Of a DNA stretch of 32,000 nt, positions 9,051-17,722 are shown piece by piece. A program made the translations under genes and the position numbers. Origin of the DNA: Acaryochloris marina MBIC11017 (GTDB lineage: Bacteria; Cyanobacteriota; Cyanobacteriia; Thermosynechococcales; Thermosynechococcaceae); the NCBI RefSeq assembly GCF_000018105.1, contig NC_009925.1, forward strand, positions 5,220,001-5,252,000, in the 5' to 3' direction. The notes under the pieces were generated by a model. It did not search any database. It worked only from the letters and a program-made list of their open reading frames with translations, and had not been told where the DNA came from. Position 1 is the first letter of the stretch. The number at the start of each line of letters is the position of its first letter.

Positions 9051-9929
9051 TTAGGCTTTGACCTTGATCCGGTCCTGTTCTACAAACCGCGTTTCCCGGT
9101 ATAGGTGGGCTTCCATTTCTGCCTTGAGCTTGTGGTACTCAGGATGTTGCTCCACCTCCAAACGGTTGCGGGGTCGGGGGAAGGGCACCTCTAAAACCTC
9201 ATCAATTTTGGCGGCTGGCCCCCGGGTCATCATCACGATCTGATCGGACAGTAGGAGGGCTTCATCAATACTGTGGGTAATCATGACCACCGTCTTGCGA
9301 TCCTGCTCCCATATGCGCTCCACCTCTTCCTGCAGGAAGCCCCGCGTCAAGGCATCTAAAGCCCCAAAAGGCTCATCCATCAGCAGGATTTTAGGGTCTA
9401 TGGCTAAGGCCCTGGCAATGCCAACCCGCTGCCGCATGCCGCCGGATAATTCATGGGGGTGTTTTTTCTCCGCCCCATCCAACCCGACTCGATCAATATT
9501 TTCCCGGACAATCCCTTGCAGACGCTGCTTGGATAGCTTCGGATAAACGGTCTCCACTGCAAACCGAATATTTTCCTCTACGGTCATCCAGGGCATCAGG
9601 GCATAGTTTTGAAAGACCATACCCCGATCTGGGCCAGGACCGAGGATAGGCTGACCATCCAGATCGACGGTGCCAGAGGTGGCGGTACTCAATCCAGCAA
9701 TAATATTCAGCAGCGTCGATTTGCCGCAACCCGATGGCCCAATGATGGTGACAAAGGTATTGTGCTGGATATCTAAGCTGATATCTTCAATGGCAATAAA
9801 GTTCGAGGTTGAGTTGCGCTTGAAGAATGGGATTCCTCCTTTGGCGGGGAAAACTTTAGAGACATTGCGCAAGCTCAGTTGAACACTAGTGGACGTTTCC
9901 ATATCGACAGGAGGAGAAGAGGTGATCAT
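9051..9929 (-). CDS. cynD: cyanate/nitrate-type ABC transporter ATP-binding protein
   Basis: Walker A GPSGCGKST, ABC signature LSGGMRQRV and Walker B LLMDEPFGALD. A 4-nt overlap links it to the upstream permease gene. Confidence 0.88.
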   Translation of the reverse strand: MITSSPPVDMETSTSVQLSLRNVSKVFPAKGGIPFFKRNSTSNFIAIEDISLDIQHNTFVTIIGPSGCGKSTLLNIIAGLSTATSGTVDLDGQPILGPGPDRGMVFQNYALMPWMTVEENIRFAVETVYPKLSKQRLQGIVRENIDRVGLDGAEKKHPHELSGGMRQRVGIARALAIDPKILLMDEPFGALDALTRGFLQEEVERIWEQDRKTVVMITHSIDEALLLSDQIVMMTRGPAAKIDEVLEVPFPRPRNRLEVEQHPEYHKLKAEMEAHLYRETRFVEQDRIKVKA

Positions 9930-10756
9930 GATGCTTGCCGTCCAAAAGAAACTAATTTTTCCAGATAAGCGAAGATTTGGTCCAAAACAATACCCACCAA
10001 ACCAATAATGAAAATGGCCACCAGAATATTGGAGATGGACAAGTTATTCCACTCATTCCAGACGAAATAGCCTAATCCAGATCCCAGGAGCATCTCAGCC
10101 GCAACAATCACCAGCCAGGCAATCCCCATGCTGATGCGTAGCCCAGCAATGATATTGGGAAGGGCCGCCGGAATAATCACCTTAAAGACCGTTCTCAATT
10201 TGGACGCACCCAAGGTTTTCGACACATCGAGATACTCAGGACTCACATTGGCGACGCCAAACACGGTATTCACCAGGGTCGGCCAGATGCTGCTAATTAA
10301 GATAATGAAGACACCTGTATTCTCGGAATTGCGGAAAATATACAGTCCTAAAGGTAACCAGGCCAAAGGAGAAACGGGTTTAAGGAGCTGCACATAGGGA
10401 TTAAAGGCCTTCGCAGCTACCCGGGACATGCCCAGCAAGATTCCCAGAGGAACCGCAATAATGGACGCCAAGGTATAGCCAATCGCCACCCGGCGCAGGC
10501 TCGTCAGCAAGTTCCAGCCAATCCCTAAATCATTGGGGCCATTGTCAAAGAAGGGGTCGGAAATCCAAAACCAGAGTTCTCCCAGGGTGTCGGTGGCATT
10601 GGGCATGCCCTTGGCAAAGATTTTGGCATTGGCCCCCACTTCCCAAACCGCGAGAAACAGTGCCAGAAACAGCAGGGAAATCAGGATTGCTTGAGCATTC
10701 TCAGAGAGTCCTGGTTTGGTGGGGGCTTTGGGGCTTTGATCAGTACTCAGGGCCAT
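9926..10756 (-). CDS. cynB: cyanate/nitrate-type ABC transporter permease
   Basis: 276-aa polytopic membrane ORF of the NrtB/CynB/SsuC type. It lies between the binding-protein and ATPase genes. Confidence 0.85.
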   Translation of the reverse strand: MALSTDQSPKAPTKPGLSENAQAILISLLFLALFLAVWEVGANAKIFAKGMPNATDTLGELWFWISDPFFDNGPNDLGIGWNLLTSLRRVAIGYTLASIIAVPLGILLGMSRVAAKAFNPYVQLLKPVSPLAWLPLGLYIFRNSENTGVFIILISSIWPTLVNTVFGVANVSPEYLDVSKTLGASKLRTVFKVIIPAALPNIIAGLRISMGIAWLVIVAAEMLLGSGLGYFVWNEWNNLSISNILVAIFIIGLVGIVLDQIFAYLEKLVSFGRQAS

Positions 10757-10767
10757 GATTTCTGGGA

Positions 10768-12408
10768 TTAAACATCATATTTCTTGATTTGCTCTTCGAT
10801 GTATTGGGCTGGATTTGCCGGATCAAATTCATCAAAGGCCAGCGTTTCAGTTTTATAGATTTCGTCAGGCGGAGTCTGCCCTAGTTCCGTCGCCAGTTCA
10901 CGAGCCACATCGGTGAGGAAAATATCTTTGCCTACTTCGTCATACTTGCCATCAATGGCAGTTTTGGCTTTGCCATCCCCTTGCAAGTCCCAGCGCACGA
11001 GCTGCGACGAAATCCAGTTGGCAAAGCTTTGCCAAGGATAGGGGTCAAAGTCAATCCGATCGGGAATGTCCAGGGTTTGACCATTACCATCGTCAAACTT
11101 GCCCGTCAGAACGGCTTCCACGACTTCCGTTGGCTGGTTCAAGAAAGCTCTTTCAGAAATCGCCTTGGCAATTTCGGGTCGATTTTCGGCCTTGCTGGCA
11201 TAGCCTGCTGCTTCGATAATCGACTTGTTTAAGGCTCGGAAGGTGTTGGGATTGGCGTCGATCCATTCGTCACTGGCGGCAAAAGCACAGCAGGGATGAT
11301 TGGGCCATAAATCTTTCGTTAATTTGTGGATAAATCCTTCACCCTCGAAGACGGCTCGCTGGTTGAAGGGATCCGGCATTAAGTAGGCATCAATATCACC
11401 GGCCACCAATTGGGCAATACTGTCGGGCGGGGGAACAGGACGAATCTTGACATCTTTATCGGGGTCAATTCCCCCCGTAGCAAGGTAGTAGCGCAGCAGA
11501 AGGTTATGCATGGAGTAGGGGAAGGGAACGCCGATCACAAACCCCTTGAAGTCCGCCGGACCTTTGACTTTACCTTTATGGCGGTTGGCCACCGTAATCG
11601 CTTGGCCATTAATATTCTCGATACTAGCCAGCTTGACGCCAAAGGAGCTAGACCCTAATCCCAAAGTCATGGCGATGGGCATGGGGGCTAGCATGTGATA
11701 CGCGTCCAGTTCACCTGCGATCGCAGAGTCTCGCACCGCCCCCCAACTCGGCATTTTGACCACTTTGGCATTCAAACCATGCTTTTTGTAGAACCCTAAC
11801 GGCTCAGACATAATAATCGGCGTTGCGCAGGTAATGGGAATAAAGCCCACCTTAAGCTCCGTTTTCTCCAGCTTGGCGGTTAATTCAGGGTCTACATTGG
11901 TATCCCCAATATCGGGCTTGTTGCCGCCAGGGGCACAGTTGGTCAGGGTAACTAGGGCGGCCCCTACCGCAATGTTTCGCAGAAATTCCCGGCGAGTCAC
12001 GCTACTGGTTCGTTGAGCATCCCGAAAGAAGTCTCCAGCTTTAGGCCCAAAAGCAGCAGCAAATGCCTGATCCAGCCCCCCTGCTAATTGGATTAAGTCA
12101 CCGACCAAGCGTTCTCTTTTAGAGTCTCCTTTACAGACTATTTTTAAGAACAATTGCTTGCGCAGTTCTGCCTCACTGATCGATTGGGCAATCGTAAAAG
12201 CATCTGGCTTATATAGACCCATTTTTGCCAGATCATCAACCATTTCTACTGGATCACTCGGCATCGTTGCGAGGTGCTGCCAATGGTCTTGTGTAAAGTG
12301 AACACCTCCGCAGACTAGACAACTTGGTGGAACTTGAGTAGGACTCTCTCGCTGAGCCTTGAAATCTTCCGCCCTTGGGATTCTATTTTTGGTTGTTGCT
12401 ACCACCAT
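10768..12408 (-). CDS. cynA: NrtA/CynA-family periplasmic substrate-binding lipoprotein with a 136-aa N-terminal extension
   Basis: 546-aa ORF. Residues 137-158 (VTRREFLRNIAVGAALVTLTNC) form a twin-arginine signal plus a lipobox-like Cys, followed by an NrtA-like binding domain. GTG at 12000 is an in-frame alternative start. The upstream 408 nt are open in the same frame. Confidence 0.85.
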   Translation of the reverse strand: MVVATTKNRIPRAEDFKAQRESPTQVPPSCLVCGGVHFTQDHWQHLATMPSDPVEMVDDLAKMGLYKPDAFTIAQSISEAELRKQLFLKIVCKGDSKRERLVGDLIQLAGGLDQAFAAAFGPKAGDFFRDAQRTSSVTRREFLRNIAVGAALVTLTNCAPGGNKPDIGDTNVDPELTAKLEKTELKVGFIPITCATPIIMSEPLGFYKKHGLNAKVVKMPSWGAVRDSAIAGELDAYHMLAPMPIAMTLGLGSSSFGVKLASIENINGQAITVANRHKGKVKGPADFKGFVIGVPFPYSMHNLLLRYYLATGGIDPDKDVKIRPVPPPDSIAQLVAGDIDAYLMPDPFNQRAVFEGEGFIHKLTKDLWPNHPCCAFAASDEWIDANPNTFRALNKSIIEAAGYASKAENRPEIAKAISERAFLNQPTEVVEAVLTGKFDDGNGQTLDIPDRIDFDPYPWQSFANWISSQLVRWDLQGDGKAKTAIDGKYDEVGKDIFLTDVARELATELGQTPPDEIYKTETLAFDEFDPANPAQYIEEQIKKYDV

Positions 12409-12437
12409 ATTTTTTGATCCAGTCGTTGAATAAACTT

Positions 12438-12479
12438 AAATTAAAGGACTAAAAAATATTTTTTTGTAGTATTTGATAC
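12438..12479 (-). promoter_or_regulatory. NtcA-type (class II) promoter of the cyn operon
   Basis: GTA-N8-TAC (GTAGTATTTGATAC, 12466-12479) is followed on the minus strand by a 22-nt spacer and TAATTT (TAN3T, 12443-12438). This places it about 30 nt upstream of ATG 12408. Confidence 0.6.
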
Positions 12480-12532
12480 CTGAAATAAATAAAACAAAAT
12501 AATTATCATTACATGGTTAATCCTGCTGAAAT

Positions 12533-12563
12533 ATCCTGTTTGCAAGGCTTTGGCAAACAGGAT
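12533..12563. promoter_or_regulatory. perfect 11-bp inverted repeat (ATCCTGTTTGC-N9-GCAAACAGGAT)
   Basis: Read directly from the sequence. It sits in the AT-rich spacer between the response-regulator stop and the NtcA box. There is no flanking U-tract on either strand, so an operator is more likely than a terminator. Confidence 0.4.
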
Positions 12564-12752
12564 AAGAGACTTAAAAAAATATAAACTCAGAGTTTATTGG
12601 TTCAGCCTCTATAGATTTGCTGGAGACTGAACGGCTATTAATTAATATTTAATTTCTGATAATTACTGCTCATTTATTAGCTTACCAACGAACCTAGACG
12701 CTGAAAGTGGACATATTTTAGAAGTCAATAGGATTTTTTTTAGATTTTTGAT

Positions 12753-13526
12753 TTAACTCAGGGAGGACTCAATATGGGATTGTCGTCGCCATCCGTGAGG
12801 GGAGGTACCATGATGCTGGCGAAATTGACGGATAAAATAACCTGGATCAGCATAGCCAAGGGTAATCGCTATTTTCTTGATGGACTGTTTAGTCTGCAAC
12901 AGCAAGGTCCGTGCTTCACTCATCCGTCGTTCCACAATCCATTGCTTAACGGTACGCCCCGTTTGAGTTTGCATCAGGTGGGTCAGATAGGCAGGAGAGT
13001 AACCGGCGACAGTTGCCACATCTTTTAGATGCAAGGGCTGGCAGTAGTTCGCTTCAATAAAATCAAAAACCGCATTCAATTGGGGGCAATGGGGAAAGAT
13101 GCGATCAGCGGTAGAGAGGTCTGGGGCAGGTGGAGTCCCCATCTGACCCCGCAGCTCGGATTGTCTTTGGAAACGGGTTGCGATCGCAGCTAAAAAATCA
13201 TCAATCGTACAGGGCTTCGTTAAATAGTCATCTGCCCCCAAGGTCATCCCCTGGCGCAATTCTGACATGGTCACTTTGGCTGTCAGAAAGATAAACGGTA
13301 TTGTCGCAGTCTCTGGATGTTGCCGCAATTGAGACAGCACCTGATAGCCATCCATATCTGGCATCATAATGTCGCAAACCACCAGCCCAGGATGAAACTT
13401 CTGGGCAAGTTGAACGCCGAAGGATCCGTTGTCTGCTCCCAGGGCTTCAAATCCCTCAAATTTTAAGCAATTCAAAAATAAGTTGCGGGTTTGCGTTTCA
13501 TCTTCAATGATCAGGATCTTCTGCAT
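12753..13526 (-). CDS. response regulator, REC domain plus AraC-type HTH output
   Basis: 257 aa. The REC domain shows IIEDE, the phospho-acceptor region VVCDIMMPDMDG and LTAK. The C-terminal AraC/XylS dual HTH shows GYSPAYLTHLMQ and GYADPGYFIRQFRQHHG. Confidence 0.88.
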   Translation of the reverse strand: MQKILIIEDETQTRNLFLNCLKFEGFEALGADNGSFGVQLAQKFHPGLVVCDIMMPDMDGYQVLSQLRQHPETATIPFIFLTAKVTMSELRQGMTLGADDYLTKPCTIDDFLAAIATRFQRQSELRGQMGTPPAPDLSTADRIFPHCPQLNAVFDFIEANYCQPLHLKDVATVAGYSPAYLTHLMQTQTGRTVKQWIVERRMSEARTLLLQTKQSIKKIAITLGYADPGYFIRQFRQHHGTSPHGWRRQSHIESSLS

Positions 13527-13691
13527 AACGGCAATACCCCAGTCAGGCAGGGCATTTTTTGAGATTGGATGAATTGGTTTTTAACTGCTCCCTGATTAAT
13601 CTGTACGTTGTTGCCAACCCTAGAGTAGTGTCCTGGAATACAGTCTGAAGAGAGGTACCCCACGGAAGATGCAGATCGGCACTGATTCTGC

Positions 13692-14930
13692 ATGTATATG
13701 TCTCAACCCCACAATCAGTCTCTTTTGACCTCTCCCCTATCGAATGAGCCTCCTCCTCGCGATCTCGCATTAGAAATCCTCTGGCAACACCATCAACTGA
13801 TTCTCGACGCCATTGGTGAAGGGGTATATGGTCTAGATATTGAAGGCAATGTCACCTTTGTTAATCCCGCGGCAGCCAAAATGATTGGCTGGTCCACCGC
13901 CGAGCTGATCGGTCAACCCATGCATGCGGTGCTCCATCACTCCCACCCCAACGGCAGCCATTACCCAAAAGAAAACTGCCCCATCTATGCCGCCTTTCGC
14001 GATGGGAAGGTCTATCGGGTGACCGATGAGGTGTTTTGGCGTCGGGACGGTACCTGCTTTCCTGTGGAATATATCAGTACGCCTATCCATGATGAACAGG
14101 GCCAGATTGTAGGCGCAGTGGTCACCTTTTGCGATATCACCCAGCGTCAATGGGCTGAATCTGTTCTCAAACAAACCAATGAAGTCTTAGAGTCAAAAGT
14201 CCGAGAACGCACCGCCGAATTAGAACAGGTCAATCAGCAACTGCAAGAGCTAAGCGCTCTCAAATCACGATTTGTGGCGATGGTCTGCCATGAGTTCCGC
14301 AATCCTCTCAATAATATTGCCCTATCGATTTCGTCCTTAAATCGCTATCACTCAAGGTTAACGGTTCGACAACAGTCCGAATATTTGGCAGGCATTGCCG
14401 AGAATGTCGAGCGCATGACGGAGATGATTGATGACATCCTCGTCATCGGCAAATTGGATGCAAAACGGATGGAGCTGAAATCGGCAGAGGTGGATCTCGT
14501 GGCATTTTGCCAAGATTTAGTCGCCGAGGTGCAGTCAATGGCTCCTCATCATGTCGTTTTACTCATCTGTCGGCATCGGCAGTTAATCACCCCTATAGAT
14601 GTCCAACTTCTCCGGTCAATTTTGACGAATATTTTACACAATGCGATTCGCTATTCCCCCGAGGATGGGGAGATCCAATTCAAGGTTTCACGCCGAAAGC
14701 ATATCATTACGTTTCAAATTTCTGACCAAGGGATGGGGGTTTCGCCTGAAGAGCAGTCCCTTATTTTTGATCCATTTTATCGTGGCAAAAATGTCAGTAA
14801 TGTACCAGGAACGGGATTGGGATTGAGTATTGTCAAACAGTTTGTGGAGCTACTACAGGGCACGATTACTTTAGATAGCAGGATTGGCGTAGGAACAACC
14901 TTTACAGTCCGATTGCCCTGTAGTCGTTAG
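13692..14930 (+). CDS. PAS-domain sensor histidine kinase
   Basis: 412 aa. It has an N-terminal PAS domain, a coiled coil, the H-box CHEFRNPLN, the N-box NILHNAIRYS, G1 DQGMGV and G2 GTGLGLSI. It is divergent from the response-regulator gene. Confidence 0.88.
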   Translation: MYMSQPHNQSLLTSPLSNEPPPRDLALEILWQHHQLILDAIGEGVYGLDIEGNVTFVNPAAAKMIGWSTAELIGQPMHAVLHHSHPNGSHYPKENCPIYAAFRDGKVYRVTDEVFWRRDGTCFPVEYISTPIHDEQGQIVGAVVTFCDITQRQWAESVLKQTNEVLESKVRERTAELEQVNQQLQELSALKSRFVAMVCHEFRNPLNNIALSISSLNRYHSRLTVRQQSEYLAGIAENVERMTEMIDDILVIGKLDAKRMELKSAEVDLVAFCQDLVAEVQSMAPHHVVLLICRHRQLITPIDVQLLRSILTNILHNAIRYSPEDGEIQFKVSRRKHIITFQISDQGMGVSPEEQSLIFDPFYRGKNVSNVPGTGLGLSIVKQFVELLQGTITLDSRIGVGTTFTVRLPCSR

Positions 14931-14944
14931 ATAGACTTTGGGCC

Positions 14945-15307
14945 TTATTGACACACGGTCCTAACCATTAAGTCCGTTGCAGCCGATCGAGGATAGTGGC
15001 GTTGCTGTTCTGGGTAAGTTATCCAGGATAAACTTCTACAATCTGCTAAGCTCGAAATTTTTTCACGCCCCAAATAGTAAATAAAAGAGTTATAGAATCC
15101 TTGCTCATGCTTAATAGAACAAACATTGAGGAGAATCGTTTGTCCGCCTGCAGCTTGGCCCATACGCTGTAAACAAGCTGAGGCAATTTTTTGCGGACCG
15201 GCTGGCTGAGGCTTAGCCATAGGAATGGAATGGGCATGAGCAGCAACATTTGTGCTGAGAGCCATTATCGTACTTAAGAATAAGAATTTTGTGCGTTCAC
15301 CGAACAT
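14945..15307 (-). CDS. small secreted cysteine-containing hypothetical protein
   Basis: 120-aa ORF with a signal-peptide-like N-terminus ending in AHA (FLFLSTIMALSTNVAAHA/HS) and 4 Cys in the mature part. I recognise no family. The local sequence is low in GC. Confidence 0.45.
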   Translation of the reverse strand: MFGERTKFLFLSTIMALSTNVAAHAHSIPMAKPQPAGPQKIASACLQRMGQAAGGQTILLNVCSIKHEQGFYNSFIYYLGREKISSLADCRSLSWITYPEQQRHYPRSAATDLMVRTVCQ

Positions 15308-15633
15308 AAATTAAGTAAAAATAACTGTATCCTTATAATTCCCAAATCATTATCTCACTCCACATTGGAGCTACATTTGGTATTACTATTTATCTCAAAA
15401 AAACAATAGGAATAAGGTATGCAGTTAAAAATTATTTATTTATTTTCTGTAGATTAAATAATTAGAATTATGCCTATAAATCATCAAAAATCCAGATTTG
15501 AATATTCACAATTGACTGCCTTTGTGGAAGACTTCTCATTCAACTCTCAGGGAACACTCAGCTAAGTCAGGTCTTCAATTTAAGCTTAATAAGGTTGACT
15601 AGCTGTATAACGTGCTGTAATCACTCCTTCTGA

Positions 15634-17655
15634 ATGACGGTTCCCGCCACTAACTTTGATGACATTCTGGTCATTATCCCTGTTTTAAACGAGGAAGAAA
15701 CGGTTGGAACCGTTATTCATTCCTTACAGGATCTTGGACTACAGCAAATTCGAGTCGTTGATAATGGTAGTTGCGATCGCACTGCCGAAACCGCCCTCAA
15801 TGCAGGTGCAGACGTTCTCTCTGAACCTATTCCTGGCTATGGTCGCGCCTGTTGGCAGGGAATGCAGAATATCCCCGAACATATCCACTGGATTTTGTTT
15901 TGTGATGGCGATGGCAGCGATGATCTATCCGTATTGCCAAAGTTTTTTGCTCAACGCCAAGATTTCGACTTAATTTTAGGCAATCGCCGCGTCCGGCCAG
16001 AAAGTCGGGCCGCCATGACCCCTGTTCAGAACTGGGGAAATGGATTAGCCACAACCCTGATCCGCTGGGGCTGGGGACATCCCTTTCAAGACTTAGGTCC
16101 TCTTAGGCTGATTCGCCGCTCTCGCCTTGAACAGCTCAATATGCAAGATCGTGGCTTTGGCTGGACGGTGGAAATGCAGGCTAAGGCCGCCGAACATAAA
16201 TTGCGGACCTGCGAGATTCCCCAAGGCTACCGCCCTCGCCAGGGGGGACGCTCCAAAATTAGCGGCACGATTAAGGGAAGTATCCAGGCTGGCAGCATTA
16301 TTTTGAGCACCCTGGCGGTCCTCTACGGGCAGCATTTACAACTGCTCTACGCAAAATCTCCTCTGCGGAAATACTCTGTATGGCTAAGCGCCATTCTGCT
16401 GATGGCAGGCTGCGCCATGATCGTTCCTTATGGTGATTTTACCCAGCCAGGAATGGTACCGCCGTTTTGGCGAGGGGTAAGCGTGATGGGATTGGGGTTT
16501 GTTATGTCTTGGACATTGCCCCAAGTGTCAAAGGTGTGGTTTTGGATGGTTGCGATCGCAACCCGATGCATCCTCTTAGCCATGGCTCCTGGCAATGATA
16601 TATGGCGCTATCTCTGGGAAGGACGATTGCAAAACTTGGGCATTAGTCCCTTTGAACTTGCCCCCACTGCTCCTGAACTCACGCCATTACGCACAGCATG
16701 GTGGTCAATGATCAATAATGCGGATGTCTCTGCCATTTACCCACCCATTACTCAGCTAGGCTTTCGAGGACTGGCTGCAATTGCCACCTCCATATTGCTC
16801 TTCAAGCTTGCGTTTGTAGCAGCAGACTTAGGGGTTTGTTGGTTGCTGCAGCGGCGCTTCGGCCGCCTAAGAGCCCTGATCTATGCCTGGAACCCACTGA
16901 TCCTTTACTCCTTTGCAGGCGGAGCCCATTACGATAGCTGGTTTATTTTGCCCCTAGTCTGGGCTTGGCTCTGTTTGGACACTCAACCCCGTCGGGCTGC
17001 TATCACCCTTGCCGGATTAGGGTTGCTGGGGGTCAGTATTGCCACCAAATGGATTTCTCTACCTATCATTGGGTTTGTAGGTTGGATCTTTGTGAGAAAG
17101 CGAGAGTGGACGTGGGCGAGCATCTCCGTTCTGGTGCCAGTCATGCCTATGCTGATCAGTGCCTTACCATTCTGTTCTCTGACCAGTTGCCCCCTCATTC
17201 CCACCAGTTCCTCCTTTGTCACCAAAGGCCGTAGTGCCGAGTTTTTACCCATTGGCACATTGTTATCGGCCCCCGAATGGCACAATGCGGTTTTGTTGAT
17301 ACCCCTTGCGATCGCACTCCTCTTTCTCCTTTGGCGCTCCACCCAGGTCGGTGACTTTACCGAAAGCTATCTAGGAATCTTGCTTTTACTCTCGCCAGTG
17401 GTTCATGCCTGGTACTTTACTTGGCTGGTCCCTTTTGCAGTCGCGAGTAGAAACTGGGGAACCCGTCTGGTCAGTCTCTCAGCCTTTGTTTATTTTGCCC
17501 TTCCCCACCGCGAAAGCTTGGGGGCAGGTAATTGGTTATTGACCTCTAGTGAGCGCATTTGGCTATGGACTCCCTTTGTTTTGGGATGGCTGTGGACTTG
17601 GTATTTTCGACGTTCCCAATCACTTTTTAAGACCAGCCCAGGGACATCTCAGTAA
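15634..17655 (+). CDS. fusion protein: GT2 (DPM1/GtrB/ArnC-like) glycosyltransferase plus polytopic GT-C-like membrane domain
   Basis: 673 aa. The N-terminal ~230 aa show IIPVLNEEE, VVDNGSCDRT and the DxD region CDGDGSDD. The C-terminal ~440 aa contain about 10 or more hydrophobic helices. They also carry a loop, GNDIWRYLWEGR...ISPF...AIYPPITQ, reminiscent of polyprenyl-phosphate-dependent mannosyltransferase-like GT-C families. Confidence 0.75.
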   Translation: MTVPATNFDDILVIIPVLNEEETVGTVIHSLQDLGLQQIRVVDNGSCDRTAETALNAGADVLSEPIPGYGRACWQGMQNIPEHIHWILFCDGDGSDDLSVLPKFFAQRQDFDLILGNRRVRPESRAAMTPVQNWGNGLATTLIRWGWGHPFQDLGPLRLIRRSRLEQLNMQDRGFGWTVEMQAKAAEHKLRTCEIPQGYRPRQGGRSKISGTIKGSIQAGSIILSTLAVLYGQHLQLLYAKSPLRKYSVWLSAILLMAGCAMIVPYGDFTQPGMVPPFWRGVSVMGLGFVMSWTLPQVSKVWFWMVAIATRCILLAMAPGNDIWRYLWEGRLQNLGISPFELAPTAPELTPLRTAWWSMINNADVSAIYPPITQLGFRGLAAIATSILLFKLAFVAADLGVCWLLQRRFGRLRALIYAWNPLILYSFAGGAHYDSWFILPLVWAWLCLDTQPRRAAITLAGLGLLGVSIATKWISLPIIGFVGWIFVRKREWTWASISVLVPVMPMLISALPFCSLTSCPLIPTSSSFVTKGRSAEFLPIGTLLSAPEWHNAVLLIPLAIALLFLLWRSTQVGDFTESYLGILLLLSPVVHAWYFTWLVPFAVASRNWGTRLVSLSAFVYFALPHRESLGAGNWLLTSSERIWLWTPFVLGWLWTWYFRRSQSLFKTSPGTSQ

Positions 17656-17722
17656 ATTCTCAGTTCCATCGGGCTACATAGAAGCATATAGTTTTTTCTG
17701 AGATGCCTGGAGATAAATAGAT

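Noticed and set aside
12533-12563. The 11-bp palindrome as an intrinsic terminator of the response-regulator gene.
   Set aside because: There is no U-tract on either strand, and it lies 190 nt beyond the stop codon. It is kept only as a possible operator.
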